Below the pieces are notes generated by a model. It made no database searches. It was given only the letters and a program-made list of their open reading frames with translations, and was not told where the DNA came from. The translations under genes were made by a program, and so were the position numbers. From Ranitomeya imitator (taxonomy: Eukaryota), in contig NC_091284.1 in NCBI RefSeq assembly GCF_032444005.1, forward strand, positions 482,794,001-482,858,000: a stretch of 64,000 nt of DNA. The letters are read 5' to 3'. Each line of letters opens with the position of its first letter. Positions within the stretch are counted from its first letter, which is position 1. Below are positions 38,333 to 50,346 of the stretch, piece after piece.

Positions 38333-38661
38333 GGCTACGTTCACACTAGCGTTCGGCTAGTGTGCGTCGCGCTAGCATCGGGCGACGCAGCGGCGACGCA
38401 CGCGTCATGCGCCCCTATGTTTAACATGGGGGACGCATGCGTTTTTGCTTGTTGCGTTTTCCGACACGTGCGTCTTTTTTGACGTTAGCGTCGGACCAAG
38501 AAAATGCAACAAGTTGCATTTTTCTTGCATCCGATTTTCGTCAAAAAACGACGCACGTGTCGAAAAACGCAGCGTTTTTGCGTGCGTTTGCACGCGTTTT
38601 TCGGTGCGTTGTGCGTCGCGTCGCCGACGCAGCGGCGCACAACGCTAGTGTGAACGTAGCC
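38333..38661. mobile_element. PIF/Harbinger MITE
   Basis: TAA|GGCTACGTTCACACTAGCGTT...AACGCTAGTGTGAACGTAGCC|TAA. Confidence 0.92.
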
Positions 38662-39251
38662 TAACCTTGCTGCCATATGTATGCAGTAGCTTTGAGAAAG
38701 AACATACCATTGTTCGAAATGCGTTGCTTGCTACTCACTACTATGTAATTTATTGGACTGGACTTTGCATTTTATTCTTAATAAATTTGTAAGTTTTTGG
38801 AAGCTGGATTTTTTTTTTTTTTTTTTTGCTGGATTACTTTGTTCACGTGATGACTACACGATATCCGTGCTTCCCCACAACACATGCCAACAGGTGAGCT
38901 GGTATATTTTTTCTTTTTTCTGCCAAAACACTTACAGCAGCAGCAGTGTAAGTGGAAGAGCTAATTTCTCTGGGTCCTTTGACACATTTTTTAGACTAGC
39001 TCATATACCAGCACAACAGAGTCCTAGTCTGACTCGTGGTGAATGAATAAAGAGAATGGTGCAGGAGCATCTAGAATTTAATATCAATACCATCAGGAAG
39101 GGTTTGGACCCTTTCACATTTTGGTCTTCAAAAATGGATGAGTAGCCTGAGCTCATCTCTTACGCCTTGGAGGTTTTATCATTCCTGACAGTCAGCATTC
39201 TCTCAGAATGTATCTTCAGCACATCTGGTGGTGTCCTGATGGATAAGCCCA

Positions 39252-39415
39252 TAGAATGTAAGTCCGCAAGGACAGGGTCCTCTCCCCTCTGTACCAGTCT
39301 GTCACTGTAAACTTGTTTACTGTAAATGATATTTATAACCCTGTATGTAAACCCTTTCTCATGTACAGCACCATGGAATTAATGGTGCTATATAAATAAA
39401 TAATAATAATAATAA
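39252..39415 (+). mobile_element. L2 LINE/SINE 3' tail
   Basis: TAGAATGTAAG..GGACAGGG...TGTACAGCACCATGGAA..GGTGCTATATAAAT(AAT)n. It splits the hAT dimerisation-domain relic. Confidence 0.75.
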
Positions 39416-39619
39416 GCGCAGCCGGCTGTGCCCTGAAAGTGTAGACTGCCTAACTTCCATCAAGATGAATAAGTCATGGATCTCCAAGGACTTTTGCACC
39501 TCTGTCGCACACTGCAGGCTAGGCAACATTGTAATTTTTAGTGTTCTGCATTGATCTCTCTTTATTGTAGTTTGTGAAATCTTTAGTGTGGCTTCTGTGC
39601 CTGCTGTTGCTGCTGCTGA

Positions 39620-40720
39620 AGATGTTAACACTAATTTGTGGAAATGTGAACAATCCTGATTGGGTGTCCATCTGCTGGGTTGGCTGTAGTGGAAGATGTC
39701 TGTCCCTATTATATTATTTCTACTCGGGTGAAATTTATGCCACTTCTGTGGTGTAAGACAATAAACATGGAAGAGCGCAGCATGAGAAGCACCAGGCAGT
39801 TTGATTGGGATGTTGCAATGGAAGGTGGGAGGAAATCCACCTGAGGAAGGTAGCAGTCCACTGCCGAAACGCGTAGTGGTTCAATAAAAGGTTTGTTCAC
39901 CACTAATCTATTGCAGTGTGCTCTATAGCCATAGCACTCCTTAAACTGACCACATTTTTTCCAAAAAAACTTCTGTGGTGTAAGGCCCACATTTCTTTAA
40001 ATGTGAACACTCCTGGTTGGGTGTCCATTTGCTGGGTTGAGTGAAGTGGAAGATCTGTCTTTCAGACTATTATACATTATACTATCTATACTGTGGTGAA
40101 ATTGTTGCCACTTTATTGGTGTCTGCCACTAATTGTTTGAAATGTAAACACTCTTGGTTGGATGTCCATCTTCTGGGTTGGCTGTAGTGAAAGAGATATC
40201 GCTCCCCATTATACTATTTCTACTGTGGTCAAATTGATGCCACTTTATTGATGTCTGGCTCTAATGTTTGGAAATGTGTACACTCTTGGTTGTGTGTCCG
40301 TCTGCTGGGTTGGCTATTAAATTAATGCATGATTAAGACTCTTTTGAGTTGAAACATGTCAGATTTTATATCATCCACTGGGGTATCCACTGCCTGTAAT
40401 ATGTTCTTTTAACAAAAGAAATAAAGGAATAATTTTTATACTTATCTTCCTGCCTGAGATCACTGGAGATTACTATATTTGGACTTTTATTCACCAGGCC
40501 AGGGCGACTCCGTGTGATGGTGTGGATCCTGCTGTCCAAGGACGCTAAGCGGTGAGCTGAACTTTTTTCTTTTCATACTTTGGTGGTGTCTACCACTAAT
40601 TGTTGGAATTGTGAACACTCCTGGTTGGGTCTCCATCTGCTAGGTTGGCTGTAGTGGAAGAGATGTCGCTCCCCATTATAGTATTTATACTCTGGTTGGG
40701 TCTCCTTCATGTGTGTTGCC
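39620..40720. repeat. Degenerate tandem repeat in the hAT 3' region
   Basis: TGTGAACACTC(C/T)TGGTTGG.TGTCCATCTGCTGGGTTGGCTGTAGTGGAAG recurs about five times. Confidence 0.75.
39837..39879 (+). ncRNA. Minimal type-I hammerhead ribozyme motif (PLE type), intact core
   Basis: CCAC-CTGAGGA-A-GGTAG(cagtcca)CTGCC-GAAACGCGTA-GTGG: all three stems pair, the cleavage triplet is GUA, and AATAAA follows at 39883. Confidence 0.8.
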
Positions 40721-42431
40721 TGTAACAGTAGGCCTCCACTTCCTTTGAGTCAACTGCCCATGTTACGATCCTTACATTTTTCTGACAATAGTAGCCTACG
40801 AAACTGATATTTTTGCCACATGAGTGTGGCTGAGCATAAAAGTAGTTTGAGCTGTTGCATATACTATCAGGGCTCCCAGCACAGTAGACCTTCACCGATG
40901 CCTCACCCACTTCGTCTTAATTTGAAGTTCAATTCAAAGCTGTAAATGCTGGCACAGACACTGATACCTCATACATGGCTGATTGCTGCCGTGCCATTGT
41001 TCTGTGGGTGAATTGAGGCCACTTTCCTGGTGTCTGCCCCTAATTGTATGTGTTTTGGGAGCTTTTGGTAAAGTTTTAAGGTGTTTTGTGTTTGTTTTTG
41101 CCTCCCATTGACTCCAATGACGTTTGGCTATGTTCGGCAAAAATTCAACTAATAAATCAGCAAATATTGCAAAAATGGCAATCCAAACTGAACATTGAAT
41201 TATTGGCTCATCTCTACTTATTACCATAGACATGTAAAAATAGGAACTTACAATTATTCTCCTTCAATTCTGTAGTACCAAAACAGTCTGCAAAACATGT
41301 ACTCAATATCTACTTAGGTTCCAGAAGAAGGTGAAAACACTACTTGCTTGTAGTTAAGGACAAAATAATGCCTGTAAGTTTTAAGTTTGTAATTAAATCT
41401 TCACATTGTAGATACTTAGGGTATGCTCAGACAGCTGTATGTTCTGATTTTACTGATTATACAAATGACACTTTGCTTAAACTTTGAAAGATTTTGAGCT
41501 AAGTGTTATCTTACTGTGCTGTGATTCCCTGGCATGAGAGAATATCAGCACAGGTGTGGAGAAGATGGAGAACCTAATTTCTCCATCTTCTCTATTGTCT
41601 CTGTGTGCAGTAATCGGACTGCATTCGGATGTCGTCCAAATGCAGTCCAATGTTTGACACACACCCATAGACTTAAATGCATGAGTGTAATTCAATTCAA
41701 ATGCACTCGAAGCACCCTGCTATTGTTTTGTCATGCCGCATCGGCATGAGAAAAAAATTGCAGATGTGCACTGCCTCATAGTATAACATTGGGTCGAGTG
41801 CTATTTGATAAAACATTGAATAGCACTCAGCTGTGTTTTACATTTGTGTGACAGAGCATTTAACTTGAGAAAAACCTTGTCGGTTTTAAACATATCTGAT
41901 TGCACTGCTCAAGATGTACAGTATCTCTTGAAAGGCCTCATTCACACTTCTTTGTTTAAACATTGTGAGGGGTTGACTCAATCCGCTGCTTCACAAGGTT
42001 ATCACAGGAACAGTTCTGGTAGTAATTCACCTGCTGGTTTATTATAGACAGCATAAACCTCAGCAGGGTTCAGAAAAATAAAAAGAGCCTTTCTGACATA
42101 ATGGTAAGCAAAGATAAAGTCTATCAGAGTCCTTGTTCTGCAGGCTTCCCTGCAGGTAACGCACACAGCGTCCTAACCTCCTATGGGAGCCACGTGGGAG
42201 TCCTACCTCTCCCCCAATACACCACTCAGACTGAACCACAGGTACAGGTATATATCACATGTACTGGTCGCGTGATCATGACCTCACTGCAGTTCCTCAA
42301 GCACCTGCATGTCCTGCAGGGAACGGGGTGCGGGGAACACCCTCCATCCCGCACTACGGGTGCTCACATGAAACCGGCCCATTGAACTCTGCCCATGGCC
42401 TCTCAGCACCTAGTCTGCTGGAAACACAAAA

Positions 42432-42737
42432 ACAAGCGAGTATACTTATTGCTCGGGTTTTCCTGAGCACGCTCGGGTGACCTCCAAGTATTTTGTTAGG
42501 GTTCAGAGGTTTAGTTTTCATCGCCTCAGCTGAATGATTTACGGCTACTAGCCAGCTTGATTACATGTGGGGATTCCCTAGCAACCAGGCAACCCCCACA
42601 TGTACTCAGCCTGGCTAGTAGCTGTAAATCATTCAACTGCGGTGATGAAAACGAAATCTCCAAACGCTAACAAATACTCGGAGGTCACCCGAGCATGCTC
42701 GGGAAAACCTGAGCAACGAGTATACTTGCTCATTACT
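42432..42737. mobile_element. Palindromic hAT-like MITE relic
   Basis: GAGTATAC..GCTCGGGTTTTCCTGAGCACGCTCGGGTGACCTCC and its inverse, ending GCTCATTACT. Confidence 0.65.
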
Positions 42738-42752
42738 TGTGAATAGGCCTAA

Positions 42753-42904
42753 GGTCACATTCACACGTTCAGTATTTGGTCAGTATTTTACATTAGGAGT
42801 AGAACAATCAGAGGAGTAAGTATAATAGAAACACCTGCAGCACTTCTGTATTTCTCAGTCACTCCTGGTTTTACTGACCAAATTCTGAATGTTCGAACAT
42901 GACC
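42753..42904. mobile_element. Short Harbinger-type MITE
   Basis: TAA|GGTCACATTCACACGTTCAG...CTGAATGTTCGAACATGACC|TAA. Confidence 0.7.
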
Positions 42905-43009
42905 TAACAAAGCTTCTCCAATCCATTGCAATGTTAACCCCTTCCCAACCTTCGCCATACTAGTACTGCTCTGCGGGAACTGCATTTTCGTCCAGAGCAG
43001 TACTAGTAA

Positions 43010-43461
43010 GGCTAGTTTCACATTAGCGTTTGCATGAGCTGCGGAGGGCTGCGGACATCCTCCGTGAAGCTCCGCCCTCGGCCACACCTCCGCCACTATC
43101 TCCACCTACTTCTGCATGTGGCTGGCATGCGGCCTGCGAACCTATCTTTAACATTAGGTACGCAGGTCGTGCAGCTGTATGCGGATGCTTTCGCATGCAT
43201 CGTTTTGACGATGCGGAGAAAAAAATTGCTACAAGCTGCGTTCTACGCTGGTCGCCGCATCGTCAAAACGACGCATGCGGAAGCATCCGCATACAGCCGC
43301 ACGACCTGCGTACCTTATGTTAAAGATAGGTAAGCAGGCCACATGCCGGCCGCATGCAGAAGTTGGCGGAGCTAGCGGCAGAAGTGCGGCTGAAGGCGGG
43401 GCTTCACGGAGGAAATCCGCAGCCCTCCGCAGCTCCTGCAAACGCTAATGTGAAACCGGCC
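43010..43461. mobile_element. PIF/Harbinger MITE
   Basis: TAA|GGCTAGTTTCACATTAGCGTTTGCA...TGCAAACGCTAATGTGAAACCGGCC|TAA. Confidence 0.9.
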
Positions 43462-44028
43462 TAAGGTGGCATGTTGAGCGCCGTGGTGATCGGGTGCCAG
43501 TGTCAGGTGTATGTGCTATGTAAAGTGTCAGATCACTTACTTTATATAGTAATGTCCCAAACTGGGACAATAAAATAATTATATATATAATGTGTAAAAA
43601 TATAAAAGAAAGAAATCCCCAAATAAATATTTTACCAATAAATACATATAATTATGTAAATAAAAACAAATAAATAAAAGTACACATATCACCGCGTCCA
43701 TAATGACCTGACCTATAAAACTATCCCACTAGTTAACTTCTTTAGTGAACACCATTAAAAAGAAAAAAAAAACAAGGCAAAAAAACTATGCTTTATCATC
43801 ATACCGCGAACAAAAAGGGGAATAACACGCAATCAAAAAGGCGGCTATAAATAAATGTGGTACTTCTGAAAACTTCATCTTGTCCCGCAAAAACAAGCTG
43901 CCATATAGCTCCATCACCAGAAAAATAAAAAACTTATAGCTCTCTGAATAAAGCGACCCAAAAATAATTAGTTTTTCTATAAAATAGTTCTTATTGTATA
44001 AAAGCGTCAAAACATAAAAAAAGATATA

Positions 44029-45634
44029 CAGTGGGGCAAAAAAGTATTTAGTCAGTCAGCAATAGTGCAAGTTCCACCACTTAAAAAGATGAGAGGCGTC
44101 TGTAATTTACATCATAGGTAGACCTCAACTATGGGAGACAAACTGAGAAAAAAAAATCCAGAAAATCACATTGTCTGTTTTTTTATCATTTTTTTTGCAT
44201 ATTATGGTGGAAAATAAGTATTTGGTTAGAAACAAACAATCAAGATTTCTGGCTCTCACAGACCTGTAACTTCTTCTTTAAGAGTCTCCTCTTTCCTCCA
44301 CTCATTACCTGTAGTAATGGCACCTGTTTAAACTTGTTATCAGTATAAAAAGACACCTGTGCACACCCTCAAACAGTCTGACTCCAAACTCCGCTATGGT
44401 GAAGACCAAAGAGCTGTCAAAGGACACCAGAAACAAAATTGTAGCCCTGCACCAGGCTGGGAAGACTGAATCTCCAATGGCCAACCAGCTTGGAGTGAAG
44501 AAATCAACAGTGGGAGCAATAATTAGAAAATGGAAGACATACAAGACCACTGATAATCTCCCTCGATCTGGGGCTCCACGCAAAATCCCACCCCGTGGGG
44601 TCAGAATGATCACAAGAACGGTGAGCAAAAATCCCAGAACCACGCGGGGGGACCTAGTGAATGAACTGCAGAGAGCTGGGACCAATGTAACAAGGCCTAC
44701 CATAAGTAACACACTACGCCACCATGGACTCAGATCCTGCAGTGCCAGACGTGTCCCACTGCTTAAGCCAGTACATGTCCGGGCCCGTCTGAAGTTTGAT
44801 AGAGAGCATTTGGATGATCCAGAGGAGTTTTGGGAGAATGTCCTATGGTCTGATGAAACCAAACTGGAACTGTTTGGTAGAAACACAACTTGTCGTGTTT
44901 GGAGGAAAAAGAATACTGAGTTGCATCCATCAAACACCATACCTACTGTAAAGCATGGTGGTGGAAACATCATGCTTTGGGGCTGTTTCTCTGCAAAGTG
45001 GCCAGGATGACTGATCCGGGTACATGAAAGAATGAATGGGGCCATGTATCGTGAGATTTTGAGTGCAAACCTCCTTCCATCAGCAAGGGCATTGAAGATG
45101 AAACGTGGCTGGGTCTTTCAACATGACAATCATCCAAAGCACAGCGCCAGGGCAACGAAGGAGTGGCTTCGTAAGAAGCATTTCAAGGTCCTGGAGTGGC
45201 CTAGCCAGTCTCCAGATCTCAACCCTATAGAAAACCTTTGGAGAGAGTTGAAAGTCCGTGTTGCCAAGCAAAAAGCCAAAAACATCACTGCTCTAGAGGA
45301 GATCTGCATGGAGGAATGGGCCAACATACCAACAACAGTGTGTGGCAACCTTGTGAAGACTTACAGAAAACGTTTGACCTCTGTCATTGCCAACAAAGGA
45401 TATATTACAAAGTATTGAGATGAAATTTTGTTTCTGACCAAATACTTATTTTCCACCATAATATGCAAATAAAATGTTAAAAAAACAGACAATGTGATTT
45501 TCTGGATTTTTTTTTCTCAGTTTGTCTCCCATAGTTGAGGTCTACCTATGATGTAAATTACAGACGCCTCTCATCTTTTTAAGTGGTGGAACTTGCACTA
45601 TTGCTGACTGACTAAATACTTTTTTGCCCCACTG
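44029..45634 (+). mobile_element. Full-length Tc1 transposon (1606 bp)
   Basis: TA|CAGTGGGGCAAAAAAGTATTTAG...CTAAATACTTTTTTGCCCCACTG|TA, with ~200-bp near-perfect TIRs. Confidence 0.97.
44396..45418 (+). pseudogene. Tc1 DD34E transposase, 340 codons with one in-frame TGA (45008-45010)
   Basis: The two track ORFs are in the same frame. Motifs: paired-like HTH, GAPRK, WSDETK, FQHDN and [15 protein letters not shown], with 34 residues between the second D and E. Confidence 0.95.
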
Positions 45635-46299
45635 TAAATGATGTATCGCTGTAATCATACTGACCCCAAGATTAAAATTGCTTTATCAATTTTACCACAC
45701 GTGGAATGTTATAAACACCTCCCCAAAAGATATTCATGAATAGCTGGTTTTTGCTCATTCTGCCTTCCAAAAATCGGAATAAAAAGCAATCAAAAAATGT
45801 CATGTGCCCAAAAATGATACCAATAAAAACGTCAAAAAAGGAAAATTGTAGTCAGCTCACCTGTATATGGGCTTTTCCTCAACTGGTTCTGCACTGAAAA
45901 GAGTTGAGCAATCAGTTCAAGACAGGAAAAACAATGAATCCTGCAGGTACAATTTCTAAAATTTCAGCTTTTATTTATCCATATTAAAAAAGGAGTTATT
46001 CTTAGTTCACCACATAAAAAATTAAATGTAGATCACAGTATTATGCACATATTATGCACATATATCAGCGTCCCGCAAAAACAAGACCTCACATGACTCA
46101 GTGGGCCAAAATATGGAAAAATTATAGGTCTCAAAATATGGTGATGCAAAAACTATTTTTAGTGTGTGACAACTGCCAAACATAAAAACCCGCAATAAAA
46201 CCCTGCTATAAATAGTAAATCAAACCCTCTTCATCACCCCCTTAGTTAGGGGAAAAATAATAAAATTAAAATAATGTATTTATTTCCATTTTCCCATTT

Positions 46300-46420
46300 G
46301 GGTTATGGTTAGGGTAAGGATTAGGGTTGGGGTTAGGGTTAGGGGTGTGTTAGGGTTAGGTTTGTGACAAGGGTTGGGATTAGGATTAGGGGTGTGTTGG
46401 GGTTAGAGTTGGAGTTATAA
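46300..46420 (+). repeat. Degenerate telomere-like (TTAGGG) tract inside the piggyBac-type element
   Basis: GGTTAGGGTAAGGATTAGGGTTGGGGTTAGGGTTAGGGG... Confidence 0.85.
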
Positions 46421-47351
46421 TTAGTGGCTCTCCAAATGCGACATGGCGTCTAATCTCAATTCCAGCCAATTTTGCATTGAAAAGTCAAACGGCTCTCCTT
46501 CCCTTCCGAGCTCTATCATGCGCCCAAACAGTGGTTTACCTTCATATATGGGGTATCAGCGTACTCAGGACAAATTGTACAACAACGATTGGGGTCAAAT
46601 TTCTCCTGTTACCCTTGGTAAAATAAAACAAATTGGATCTGAAATAAATTTTTTGTGAAAAAAGTTAAATGTTCATTTTTTTTAAACATTCCAAAAATTC
46701 CTGTGAAGCACCTAATAGGTTAATAAACTTCTTGAATGTGGTTTTGGGTACCTTGAGGGGTGCAGTTTTTAGAATGGTGTTACTTTTGGGTATTTTCGAT
46801 CATATAGACCCCTCAAAGTCACTTCAAATGTGATGTGGTCTCTAAAAAAAAGGTTTTGTAAAATTTGATGAAAAAATGAGATATCGCTTGTCAAATTTTA
46901 ACCCTTATAACTTCCTAACAAAAAAATATTTTGGTTCCAAAATTGTGCTGATGTAAAGTAGACATGTGGGAAATATTATTTATTAACTATTTTGTGCAAT
47001 ATGACTCTCTGATTTAAGAGCATAAAAATTAACATTTGGAAAATTGCAAAATTTGCTAAATTTTCGCCAAATTTCCATTTCTTTCCCCAAAAAGCAAGTC
47101 ATATCGATTAAATTTTACCACTATCATAAAATTCAATATGTCTCGAGAAAACATTCTCAGAATCAGTGGGATCCGTTGAAGTGTTCCAGAGTTATTACCT
47201 CATAAAGGAACAGTGGTCAGAATTGTAAAAATTGGCCGGGTCAGAAAGGTGAAAACAGGCTGTGTCGCGAAGGGGTTCAATATGGACAGCACATGGATAT
47301 CGTCCGTGTGCTGTACGTGTTTTTCATGGACGAATAGACTTGTATTGGCAC

Positions 47352-48828
47352 AATAAAAAAAGAAAAAACTGAAATATCACATGGTCATAAGTATTCAGAC
47401 CCTTTGCTCAGTATTGAGTAGAAGCACCCTTTTGAGCTAGTACAGCCATAAGTCTTCTTGGGGATGATGCAACAAGTTTTTCACACCTGGATTTAGGGAT
47501 TCTGCCATTCTTTCTTGCAGATCCTCTCCAATTCTGTCAAGCTGGATGGTGAACATTGGTGTACAACCATTTTCAGGTCTCTCCAGAGATGCTCAATTAG
47601 GTTTAATCCAGGGCTCTGGCTGGGCCAGTCAAGAATGGTCACAGAGTTGTTCTGAAGCCACTCCTTTGTTATTTTAGCTGTGTGCTTAAGGTCATTGTCC
47701 TGTTGGAAGGTAAACCTTCGGCCAAGTTTGAGGTCCAGAGCACTCTGCAAGAGGTTTTCATCCAAGATATCTCTGTACTTGGCATCATGTTTCCACAAAT
47801 GACAATAAGCCGTCCTGTCACTGCAGCTGAAAAACAACTCCATGGCATAATGCTGCCGCCATTATGTTTCACTGTTGGGATCGTATTGGGCAGGTTATGA
47901 GCAATGACTGGTTTTCTCCACACGTACCTCTTAGAATTTTCACCAAAATGGTCTATCTTCTTCTCATCAGGCCAGAGAATCTTATTTCTCAAAGTCTGGG
48001 AGTCCTTCATGTATTTTTTAGCAAACTCTGCGGGCTTTCATGTGTCTTGCACTGAGGAGAGGCTTCCGTTGGGCCACTCTGCCATAAAGGCCCGACTGAT
48101 AGAGGGCTACAGTGATATTTGACTTTGTGGAACTTTCTCCCATCTTCCTACTGCATCTTTGGAGCTCAGCCACAGTGATCTTGGGGTGCTTCTTTACCTC
48201 TCTCACCAAGGCTCTTCTCCTACAATTGCTCAGCTTGGCTGGACGGCCAGGTCTAGGAAGGCTTCTGGTGATTCCAAACTTCTTCAATTTAAGGATTATG
48301 GAGGCCACTGTGCTCTTAGGAACCTTGAGTACTGCAGAAATTCTGTTGTAACCTTGGCCAGATCTGTGCCTTGCCACAATTCTGTCTCTGAGCTCCTTGG
48401 CCAGTTCCTTTGACCTCATGATTCTCATTTGGTCTGACATGCATAGTGAGCTGTGAGGTTTTATATAGACTGGTGTGTGCCTTTCCAAATCAAGTCCTAT
48501 CAGTATAATTAAACACAGCTGGACTCAAATGAATAGAGAAATGGAGCAGAACCATCTCAAGGAGGATCACAAGGAAATGGTCAGCATATGACTTAAATAT
48601 GAGTGTCTGAGCAAAGGGTCTGAATACTTATGACCATGTGACCATGTGATATTTCAGTTTTCTTTTTCATTAAATTTGCAAAAATTTCTACATTTCTGTT
48701 TTTTTCAATCAAGATGGGGTGCAGAGTGTACATTAATGTGAAAATATGAACTTTTTTGAATTTACCAAATGGCTGCAATCAAAGAGTGAAAAATTTTAAA
48801 GGGGTGTGAATACATTCTGGACCCACTG
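47352..48828 (-). mobile_element. Degenerate Tc1 element (second family)
   Basis: Frameshifted ORFs MRSKELAKELRDRIVARHRSG.., ILWPDEKKI.., [24 protein letters not shown]. One TIR ends ...GGACCCACTG at 48828 and the other is truncated. Confidence 0.9.
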
Positions 48829-48844
48829 TGTGTGTGTAGATATA

Positions 48845-50346
48845 CAGTATAAACACAGAATATAACTCCAAGTAAATCAAACTTCTGTGAAATCAAACTG
48901 TCCGCTTAGGAAGCAGCACTGTTTGACAATCACTTTCACATGCTGTTGTGCAAATGGAGTGGTTCTGCAGGTGGGGACCACAGACCACATCTCAGTACCA
49001 ACGCTTTCTGGTTGATGTTTTGGTCACTTTTGAATGTTGGTTGTGCTTTCACACTCGTGGTAGCATGAGACGGACTGTATAACCCACACAAGTGGCTCAG
49101 GTAGTGCAGCTCATCCAGGATAGCACATGAATGCAAGCTGTGGCAAGGTTTGCTGTGTCTGTCAGCGTAGTGTCCAGAGGCTGGAGGCGCTATGAGGAGA
49201 CAGGCCAGTACACAAGGAGACATGTAGGGGGCTGTAGGAGGGCAACAACCAACCCAGCAGCAGGACAGCTACCTCAGCCTTTGTCCAAGGAGGAACAGGA
49301 GGAGCACTGCCAGAGCTCTGCAATATGACCTCCAGCAGGCCACAAATGTACATGTGTCAGCACAAATGGTTAGAAACCGACTCCATGAGGATGGTCTGAG
49401 TGCCGGACGTTCACTGATGGGGGTTGTGCTCACAGCTCAACACCGTGCAGGATGCTTGGCATTTGCCACAGAACACTAGGATTGGCAAATTCGCCACTGG
49501 CGCCTGTGCTCTTCAAAGATAAAAGCAGGCTCACACTGAGCACATGTGACCGACGTGACAGTGTCTGGAGACGCCGTGGAGAGCGATCTGCTGCCTGCAA
49601 TATCCTTCAGCATGACCGTTTTGGCAGTGGGTCAGTAATGGTGTGGGGTGACATTTTTATTGCTGGGCTGCAGAGCCCTCCATGTGCTCAGCACAGGTAG
49701 CCTGACTGCCATTAGGTATCGAGATGAGATCCTCAGATCCCTTGTGAGACCATATGCTAGTGCGGTTGGCCCTGGGTTCCTCCTAATGCAGGACAATGCC
49801 AGACCTCATGTGGCTGGAGTGTGTCAGTAGTTCCTGCAAGATGAAGGCATTGAAGCTATGGACTGGCCTGCCCATTCCCCAGACCTGAATCCGATTGAAC
49901 ACATATGGTACATCATGTCTCGCACCATCCACCAATGTCATGTTGCACCACAGACTGTCCAGGAGTTGGCAGATGCTTTAGTCCAGATCTGGGAGGAGAT
50001 CCCTCAGGAGACCATCTGCCGCCTCATCAGTAGCATGCCCAGGCATTGTAGGGCGGTCATACAGGCACATGGAGGCCACACACACACAACTGAACATTTC
50101 CTTGTCTTGAGGCATTTCCACTGAAGATGGATCAGCCTGTAATTTGATTTTTCACTTTGATTTTGAGTATCATTCCAAATCCAGACCTCCATGCCATATT
50201 CATTTTGATCTACATTGATCATTTTTATGTTTTATTGTTCTCAACACATTCCACTATGTAATGAATAAAGATTTGCAGTTGAAATATTTCATTCAGTGTT
50301 ATCTAGGATGTGGGATTTTAGTGTTCCCTTTATTTTTTGAGCAGTC
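48845..50346 (+). mobile_element. Degenerate Tc1 element (third family, DD34E)
   Basis: Fragments AVARFAVSVSVVSRGWRRY, LMQDNARPH and [15 protein letters not shown]. The right end is AGTGTTCCCTTTATTTTTTGAGCAGT. Confidence 0.88.

Larger units (their letters stand above)
37330..38800 (+). mobile_element. Penelope-like element relic (RT fragment, endonuclease C-terminus, 3' region), interrupted by two MITEs
   Basis: PVIPTIYGLPKVHKEIVPPPMRPIISSVESLTEHLS|QWVDSLMQPLVMRVPGFLRDS (RT), and VVGIEKL...RGGDFNRHLMTREAYWIF..LNT.HPAGLN (endonuclease end). Confidence 0.88.
30763..41216 (+). mobile_element. Decayed hAT element, 10,454 bp including nested insertions
   Basis: TIRs TAGAGATGAGC...GCTCATCTCTA, with a perfect 8-bp TSD CTTATTAC (30755-30762 and 41217-41224). 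Transposase relics at ~36400-37280 and ~39090-39490 (FWSSKMDE*PEL..YALE..SILSECIFS.SGG; RLCPESVDCLTSIKMNKSWIS). Confidence 0.9.
42938..47275 (+). mobile_element. piggyBac-type non-autonomous element with nested Harbinger MITE and Tc1, plus a TTAGGG tract
   Basis: TTAA|CCCCTTC...GAAGGGG|TTCA. The interior is homologous to 52979-56348. Confidence 0.85.

Noticed and set aside
44305-45045. 246-aa minus-strand ORF
   Set aside because: It is the antisense shadow of the Tc1 transposase. The same applies to ORFs opposite the hAT, copia and CR1 frames.
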